NCBI GenBank assembly: GCA_018001695.1
Contig: JAGNHN010000013.1
Coordinates: forward strand, 218-64,217
Length of the DNA stretch: 64,000 bases
Source: Lentimicrobiaceae bacterium
GTDB taxonomy: Bacteria > Bacteroidota > Bacteroidia > Bacteroidales > JAGNHN01
Direction of reading: 5' to 3'
The notes under the pieces were generated by a model that saw only the letters and a list, made by a program, of their open reading frames with translations, had not been told where the DNA came from and did not search any database. Numbering within the stretch: the first letter of the stretch is position 1; every line of letters begins with the position of its first letter. Shown here one piece after another: positions 57,783 to 64,000 of this stretch. The position numbers and the translations under genes are program-made.

Positions 57783-60700
57783 TCATCTCAGCAATGTGAT
57801 GGATCCGTGCGAGGAATGCTTCAGACTTCCCTGTCCGAAACCTGCGTATTCGATCTTATAAAAATAAGTCCCTTCAGAGCATTCCTGACCCTGGAATTTC
57901 CCATCCCAACCTTCCCTGATATCAAAACTTTCAAACAGGAGTTGCCCCCAGCGGTTGAAAATTGAAAGATGGTAATAGATGATATTCTGATGAGTGGGCT
58001 GAAAAGCATCATTTATACCATCATAGTTGGGCGTGAATACGTTTGGTATCGTAATTTCTGGTGGACAGGAAGCGATATAGATTGTGTCGTATCCATAGCA
58101 GCTTAATTCTTTTACCCTGATCCAGAAATAGCCCGTATCATTGACTATGGCTCCAGCCAGGGTGGATCCATCCCACCATTGATATTCCTCGAAAACCCCA
58201 GCCTGGAGGTTAAGCATCCCGTCAAAAGAAACACAGGTATCGGTGCCGAGATTGGGTTGGGGAACTGGATCCGCTGTGATGTATATCTCTATCCTGGGAC
58301 TGATGCATCCCGCGCTATCCACAACAATGATCCAGATGCTATCGCTCTGACTGACTGTTATGAAAGGGGAGGAGGAGCCATTGGACCATTGGTAGGATGT
58401 GAAGCCACCGTCGGCATGGATTGTAATACTTGTATCCGAACAAAAAACGGTATCCCGGATACCCGGATCTGGCAATGGAGGTTCTGTAATTTCAACCGAA
58501 TCAATTCCATAGCAGACGCTATCTGACACAGTAACCACATACCACCCTGCGCCCAGACCTGTGATATCTTCCGTACTGTCTCCTGTTGACCACAGGAAAT
58601 CATAGATGGCAGGAGTTCCAGCCACATTCAGGTCAATCGCGCCATCCGTATAGGCATTGCAAGTAGCGTTTGTGGGTATCAGGTCAAGCCCGAGCCTGCA
58701 AAATACTATGATTGAATCGCTTACTGAACAATTGGTGTCGTATGTCACAGTAACGTAATAAACGCCGGGGCTGTTAACAGTGATGGAGCTGTTGATGCTT
58801 CCATCCCCCCAAAGGTAGCTTGTGCCAGGTCCGCCGTTAAAATTTACAGTATTGATGACGAGGGGGGTGCCTTTGATAAGGAAAGTGTCATCAGGCAGCC
58901 CGTAAACATAAGAAGGTGCATTGTTAAATACCCAACCCGCGTTATTGGCAATATCCGCACTGTTGGATCCGGCATAAAAAGTGGCGCCACCCGTAGCATG
59001 GATGTCCCGCATATGAATAAAATCACCGGTGACCAAACCGGTATCCTTAATAATTGTTGCCTGGTTGCCTAATGAAGTGGACTCAAGACGTAAAGGAAAA
59101 CAATTATTTCCCCTGACCCAGAAATAATCCACTATGGTTTGAGGATTATTTATATCGAGCTGGTATGTGTTGTCAGGAAAAAAGGTAAGTGAATCGAAGG
59201 TGTTCTTGCCGAAGATCCTTCCATCGTTATGTATGCTGAGGTGGTTAAACCGGCAGTTCATCTGTAGTGTCCGAATCAGTGAGGTGCCGCTGGGATTGAC
59301 AAACTCGACCTTATGATATCCGAGATTGTTTCCGGTTCGATTAAACATACCCGTGGCCTGCAGAAAGCGGATGGTGGAAGTACCTGGATCCAGGGTCATG
59401 TTGCTTCCATTCATAACCCAGGAGTATTGGGCTCCTGAGCGTAATTCGACATGGGAGTTGCCAAGAGTTAGGCTGCGGGTGTTGTCATAATCGGAATCAA
59501 AGACATAACAGCTCACAAAATTTCCCTGGGTATGGAGGTTTCCTTTCATGAAGTGGATGTCCATATCTGTGGAAAGGCTGTCAGCTAATAGCCAGGTACC
59601 GTTTCCATCGAAAACAAGCGATCGGGGAAAAACATTCCCTGCCGTTTGGATAATATTCGACATAGAGTCTGACTTGAACCTCCAAAAATTCATGAGGTTA
59701 TTATTCATGCTATCAATGAGAATCAGACTTCCATAGAGGTTGATCCCCCAGTTTCCATGGATCATTGGGCTACCGGTAGCACCTGTCCAGTCCATGCTGC
59801 GGCATTCTGCTATAGCGTTTATGTATACTGTATCACCGCTTCCCGTGAATGAATTGGCATCAAAAAACACATCATCCCGGGATGTAGGTATGCAGGATCC
59901 ACCAGCTCCCCCGCTGATGTATGACCAGTGAGTGGAATCATGCCAGTTTCCGCTGCCATTCACCCAATACAGGTCATTATGTGGCGTTGCATCGATTATC
60001 CAGTTGCTATTATGTCCCTTATCAATAGAGTTTATTGCATGAAATACGGCACCACCTTGCCCATTTATCCCGTTCAGGGAAGCATACGTAATCTGTAGCG
60101 TATCAGAAGATTTAGCAATTACTGCCTGCTGTGGGATGGCGTTTGACGACAAGGATATCGTATTGAAACAGTTGCCGTTGGCTTCCATAATGCTCAGTCG
60201 CTGCTGCTTGCCTGCCTCGAGCTTATAGGTGTTGCCCGGTGAAAGGAAAAGTGTATCGAAGATATTATTTCCGTTGATGTTGGCATTTCCTGCAAAACTC
60301 ACAAGGTTAAATCTGCAGGTGACTTGCAAAGAGGTCAAATCGTTATACCCACCGGACTCAGAAAACCACACATTATGAAAGGACAGTGTATCGCCGCCCG
60401 TATTCCTCATCATGCCATAACTGGTTGTAAATCTAATCATTGAGGAATCGGCAAGCAATTCTGTCGAATCAGAGACCAGGTTCCAGTTCCCAAAATTCAA
60501 GGTGATATCGGAACCACGGATGTCCAGGAATTTGTTGGTCTTATGCGAGGAAGAAAAGGAAGGAATAGTGATGTTAAGTCCGGGCATGGAAAGTGAACCA
60601 AGTACCAACTCCAGTTTACTCATTGCTCCGCTAATTACAAAGTCATCCGTCACAGTCCATCCACCTAGTGCATGCCTGAAACGTACGTCATTATGGAACA

Positions 60701-63311
60701 CCTTACCATTGGAAGTAATGGTTTCGCCTGTTGTATCGGAGAGAAATATGAAGGCTCCACCATAGGCATTATACATTGAATCAGAGAAAAGCAGAGAGCC
60801 ATAAATCCTGCAATTGCCCCCTATTCCAGCGTAGAACACATGCCTGCCCGTATTGTCGATCCATGTCATGTCATGACACATAATCCTGGCGTGGCTGGTG
60901 AAAACAGTATCGGTCTTGCCAATGAAAGAATTGGCATCGAAAAACACATTGTCCAGGGGCGATGGGATGCAGGCACCCGGCACACCTCCTGAACTGACAG
61001 ACCAATGGGAAGAATCTGCCCAGTCCCCTTGCCCGTTAACCCAATAGAGGTCTAAGGCTGGTCTTGACTGAATATTCCAACCTGTAGTATTTCCCAGATC
61101 CACCGTATTGTAGGCATAGAAGTGCGAGCCTGCCAGACAGTTAATATCCTGAATTATGGCATCATAAATCTTACTGGTATCAGGTCCACCGTTGAAGAAA
61201 GCCACACCACCTGCAGAGTCTGTCTCGAGAAGGACTGGATTATTGCAATTTCCTTGCGCTATCAGGTGGTTGATGGTTTGAACCATGAACTTCTGGAAGG
61301 TGTATGTCCTCCCTTTTGAAAGACACAGGCTATCCATGAAAGTATTGCCTTCAATCCATCCATCTGCATTGAATTTAATCCTGTTGAAGGTAGATCCTTG
61401 CTTTTTGAGGTCTCCACGTCCTTGATCGTTCTGGTACAGGATGTTATGAAATACCAGTGCAGCCCCGGATTCGATTCTAAATACTGGTTCGCTTGAAGTA
61501 AGGATAAATTCTGAGGTGCCGGCATTCAAGCTGAGATTACTTCCGTTGATCTCAATGGCATCACCCTTATTTCTATTCACGAAGATCTTACTTGCACCAA
61601 GGCTTAGGATTCTCTGGTTAAATTCAGTTGAAACGAAACGATAGCAGGATACGGTTTTGCCATTTGTGTTAAGATGGCCATGGCTGAGAATCAGATTATT
61701 GTTATAAATGCTCAGGCTATCTAGCAGGGTCCAGCCGCCGCCATCACCAATAAATTCCACAAAATTGAGGAAGCGATGCCCGGCGCTAGTGATGGTTTGT
61801 CCAGGAGTGGATGCTGCAAAATAGACGGGACCGGTGAACGCATATTTCATAATCGGCTGAAAATGAAGTGAACCGTGAATATGCAAAAAATCACCTCCTC
61901 CCGATACCAGACTGGGGTCATCACCAAATGCTATCCAGGTCATATCCCGGCAGTACGAATGGGATGCGTTGAGGATGACAGAGTCCGTTGAATTCACAAA
62001 GGAATTACCATCGAAGATCACATCATCATATTGGGTAGGGGGGCAAGCACCGGAAGGACCCCCACTACTCACAGACCAATTGCTGGTATCGTTCCACAAC
62101 CCGGTGCCATTCACCCAGTAAAGGGTTCGTGGTGGGGGTGGACTGAAAAGCCAGCCTGAGTTATTGCCTAGATCAGAACACGCGAGAGCATAGAACGTGG
62201 CTCCACCACTGGCTTGAATACCTTTGATCTCCGCGGATTCGACCTGGATGCTTCCGGAGGTTTTTATAAAGGAGCTTGTTCCATTCACGCATTGAATTCG
62301 TATGGGATTCATGCAATGCCCTGCGGCTAAAAGGGAATCGATAAAAATGTGCGTACTGGCTTGTGTAAAATTGTAGGTTTTCCCCTTTGTGAGCACCAGG
62401 TCGCCATAAGTCACATTCCCGGAAATATTACCGTTGCTCCTGAATTCCACCCGATCGAAGGAAATACTGCCTGCGTCAAGGGTAGCAGTGCCAGCACCCG
62501 AATGAAAGTAAAGCTTATGATAAGTCGAACTGCCTGTTCCAATGCTGAGAAAATTCGCTGATGGTGCGGTAAGCGTGATAGTGGAAGTTCCAGCATTCAA
62601 GGTTAGCCCAGTCTTATGAACGGTCCAGTAGTTATAGGCAAGAATATGGGAGTTGCCAAGGGTCAGGCTACGAGGTAAGAGGTAGTTTGCGTTGAATTGG
62701 TAGCAACGAATCTCTTGCCCGTTTGTATTCAGATTGCCTTCCCTGAGATGTATTTCACTACCTGTGGCGTTCAGTGAGTCCATGAGTATCCATCCCCCTC
62801 CTGAACCATTGAAATAAATATTACCTAACATTTCGTGCCCGGTAGTTTGGACTTGCATTCCAGGAGAAGTTGCAACAAAGTGAAGGTTGGAATTAACCAG
62901 AAAGTTAACGTTCTTCGTCAGGAGCATTGACCCGTAGATCTCCACTTTTGTCGCGCTGTTACTTAGAAAAGTGGGATTATACAAAGCCTGGGTGCAATCA
63001 AAATGATGGCAAGTGATGATGTTCAGATTCATCACGACAGTTTGCCCCTCAGCCGTAAAAGAATTTGCATCAAAATACACATCATCAGTAGGCGAAGGCA
63101 CGGTAAAATGCGTCACCGTTCCACCGGAAGTTGTGGCCCAGTGATTTATATCCGACCAGTTCCCTGAACCACCAACCCAATAGTAATCAGCGGCATATGC
63201 GCGTCCCGACAGCAGGATGACCCAGAGTGCTACTATCAGGAACACCGAGGCATGGATGGGGGTGCGGTGCGCAAGTCCTAAGAAATTCCTGAATCCACCG
63301 GTGTTTGGCAT
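57783..63311 (-). CDS. 1842-aa surface protein with four tandem roughly 355-aa modules, SprB-like repeats and a T9SS type-B (gliding-motility-associated, CHU_C) C-terminal domain
   Basis: Signal peptide and four 'YWV(G/N)G.G.W.D...HW...SGG' module starts. The C-terminus reads 'PNVFTPNYDGINDAF.P....L.IFNRWGQLLFES....GWDG...G....EGTYFY'. Confidence 0.85.
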   Translation of the reverse strand: MPNTGGFRNFLGLAHRTPIHASVFLIVALWVILLSGRAYAADYYWVGGSGNWSDINHWATTSGGTVTHFTVPSPTDDVYFDANSFTAEGQTVVMNLNIITCHHFDCTQALYNPTFLSNSATKVEIYGSMLLTKNVNFLVNSNLHFVATSPGMQVQTTGHEMLGNIYFNGSGGGWILMDSLNATGSEIHLREGNLNTNGQEIRCYQFNANYLLPRSLTLGNSHILAYNYWTVHKTGLTLNAGTSTITLTAPSANFLSIGTGSSTYHKLYFHSGAGTATLDAGSISFDRVEFRSNGNISGNVTYGDLVLTKGKTYNFTQASTHIFIDSLLAAGHCMNPIRIQCVNGTSSFIKTSGSIQVESAEIKGIQASGGATFYALACSDLGNNSGWLFSPPPPRTLYWVNGTGLWNDTSNWSVSSGGPSGACPPTQYDDVIFDGNSFVNSTDSVILNASHSYCRDMTWIAFGDDPSLVSGGGDFLHIHGSLHFQPIMKYAFTGPVYFAASTPGQTITSAGHRFLNFVEFIGDGGGWTLLDSLSIYNNNLILSHGHLNTNGKTVSCYRFVSTEFNQRILSLGASKIFVNRNKGDAIEINGSNLSLNAGTSEFILTSSEPVFRIESGAALVFHNILYQNDQGRGDLKKQGSTFNRIKFNADGWIEGNTFMDSLCLSKGRTYTFQKFMVQTINHLIAQGNCNNPVLLETDSAGGVAFFNGGPDTSKIYDAIIQDINCLAGSHFYAYNTVDLGNTTGWNIQSRPALDLYWVNGQGDWADSSHWSVSSGGVPGACIPSPLDNVFFDANSFIGKTDTVFTSHARIMCHDMTWIDNTGRHVFYAGIGGNCRIYGSLLFSDSMYNAYGGAFIFLSDTTGETITSNGKVFHNDVRFRHALGGWTVTDDFVISGAMSKLELVLGSLSMPGLNITIPSFSSSHKTNKFLDIRGSDITLNFGNWNLVSDSTELLADSSMIRFTTSYGMMRNTGGDTLSFHNVWFSESGGYNDLTSLQVTCRFNLVSFAGNANINGNNIFDTLFLSPGNTYKLEAGKQQRLSIMEANGNCFNTISLSSNAIPQQAVIAKSSDTLQITYASLNGINGQGGAVFHAINSIDKGHNSNWIIDATPHNDLYWVNGSGNWHDSTHWSYISGGAGGSCIPTSRDDVFFDANSFTGSGDTVYINAIAECRSMDWTGATGSPMIHGNWGINLYGSLILIDSMNNNLMNFWRFKSDSMSNIIQTAGNVFPRSLVFDGNGTWLLADSLSTDMDIHFMKGNLHTQGNFVSCYVFDSDYDNTRSLTLGNSHVELRSGAQYSWVMNGSNMTLDPGTSTIRFLQATGMFNRTGNNLGYHKVEFVNPSGTSLIRTLQMNCRFNHLSIHNDGRIFGKNTFDSLTFFPDNTYQLDINNPQTIVDYFWVRGNNCFPLRLESTSLGNQATIIKDTGLVTGDFIHMRDIHATGGATFYAGSNSADIANNAGWVFNNAPSYVYGLPDDTFLIKGTPLVINTVNFNGGPGTSYLWGDGSINSSITVNSPGVYYVTVTYDTNCSVSDSIIVFCRLGLDLIPTNATCNAYTDGAIDLNVAGTPAIYDFLWSTGDSTEDITGLGAGWYVVTVSDSVCYGIDSVEITEPPLPDPGIRDTVFCSDTSITIHADGGFTSYQWSNGSSSPFITVSQSDSIWIIVVDSAGCISPRIEIYITADPVPQPNLGTDTCVSFDGMLNLQAGVFEEYQWWDGSTLAGAIVNDTGYFWIRVKELSCYGYDTIYIASCPPEITIPNVFTPNYDGINDAFQPTHQNIIYYHLSIFNRWGQLLFESFDIREGWDGKFQGQECSEGTYFYKIEYAGFGQGSLKHSSHGSITLLR
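58923..63188 (-). repeat. Four tandem protein-level modules (about aa 42-395, 396-753, 754-1112, 1113-1463) inside the giant CDS
   Basis: The YWV motif was counted at aa 44, 398, 756 and 1115. Each module ends with 'GGA.F(Y/H)A....D.G.N.(G/N)W'. Sampled DNA around the motif copies shows no long exact repeat, so the duplication looks old. Confidence 0.8.
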
Positions 63312-63532
63312 AAAGAGGTTAATTCACATCACCTAAAATTAGACACAATGAAACAAATGAAAGGCGTATCATCGCTGAATTATGATATTCATTGATGAAT
63401 TCCAATTAGTATTTAGATGGTATACCAGGAGGTATAATACGCGCCAGGTTGTGCCTAAGCTACACTTTCCCACGATCACAAGGTAGGCCTTGCCTGCCAT
63501 GTAAAAATGCCATTAACACCAGTATGAAAAAT

Positions 63533-64000
63533 CTATATCATGGCACAGCATACCAGGTTTCGATCCCCGTAGGCATCGTCGATCCGGGTGACCGGGGGCC
63601 AATATTTATCGCCCATAGAACAATCCAGCGGGAAAGCAGCCTGCTCGCGGGTGTAAGGCAGGTCCCAGCCACTGCCGGCCACCATGCATACCGTATGCGG
63701 GGCATTCTTGAGGAGGTTGTTCTCTTTATCCGCCCGCCCTTCCTCGATATTCCTGATTTCCTGGCGTATCGTAACCATCGCGTCCACAAAGCGGTCGAGT
63801 TCCGATAAGGGCTCGCTTTCCGTCGGTTCCACCATGAGGGTGCCATGCACGGGGAAGGCCACCGTCGGGGCGTGGAAACCGTAGTCCATCAGTCGCTTGG
63901 CTATGTCGATCACCTCCACACCGGCTGTGCGGTGGAAGATGTTGCAGTCGAGGATCATCTCATGAGCCACCCTGCCGTTGGGACCGGTATACAGGATGTC
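63533..64000 (-). CDS. gcvP: Glycine dehydrogenase (decarboxylating), C-terminal part; the gene continues beyond the window
   Basis: '[12 protein letters not shown]', '[14 protein letters not shown]', '[19 protein letters not shown]'. The frame stays open to position 64000 ('[10 protein letters not shown]'). Confidence 0.9.
   Translation of the reverse strand, partial: DILYTGPNGRVAHEMILDCNIFHRTAGVEVIDIAKRLMDYGFHAPTVAFPVHGTLMVEPTESEPLSELDRFVDAMVTIRQEIRNIEEGRADKENNLLKNAPHTVCMVAGSGWDLPYTREQAAFPLDCSMGDKYWPPVTRIDDAYGDRNLVCCAMI

Noticed and set aside
1-64000. I searched by eye for CRISPR arrays, tRNA/rRNA genes, IS elements, integrases, toxin-antitoxin pairs and known defence-system genes.
   Set aside because: None was found. 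Intergenic regions are short (the longest are about 340, 290, 270, 230 and 220 nt) and contain only promoter- or terminator-like elements. No regularly spaced direct repeats are present. A tRNAscan, Rfam, or defence-system HMM scan would be the decisive confirmation.

Overview
This window is a densely coding chromosomal segment, about 53 CDS, mostly on the minus strand. I assign it to Bacteroidota for three reasons: three proteins carry type IX secretion (T9SS) C-terminal sorting domains, S16 has the long Lys/Glu/Ala-rich tail, and eight exact TAnnTTTG -7 promoter boxes sit correctly oriented just upstream of start codons. The content is overwhelmingly core housekeeping: trxA, rpsP-rimM, aroB-aroA, rsmE, htpG, ilvE, pyrF, prfA, tatA, secDF, uvrA, rfbC, lpdA and the 3' end of gcvP. 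A roughly 17-kb respiratory block spans about 14.7-32.0 kb. It holds DUF4492-cydAB, two metal/sulfur-type lipoproteins, and one colinear 12-gene string of alternative complex III (actABCDEF), SCO, a caa3-type oxidase and heme O synthase. I found no rRNA, tRNA, CRISPR array, transposase, integrase, phage gene or recognisable defence system, so this looks like an ordinary core region rather than an accessory island. I cannot point to a convincing new multi-gene system. The most second-look-worthy items are: (1) a membrane Cache-PAS-CBS sensor fused to a GlnD-like nucleotidyltransferase and translationally coupled to a metallophosphoesterase; (2) an orphan 155-aa RuvC-like protein with an apparently leaderless promoter geometry; (3) an untracked 45-aa single-TM ORF directly after cydB; (4) an OmpA-family protein ending in a degenerate retropepsin-like domain; (5) an ActA with an extra N-terminal heme-c motif; (6) short palindromes at the cyd, HMA-lipoprotein and tatA promoters. 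All protein calls come from reading motifs by eye. No database or HMM search was run.
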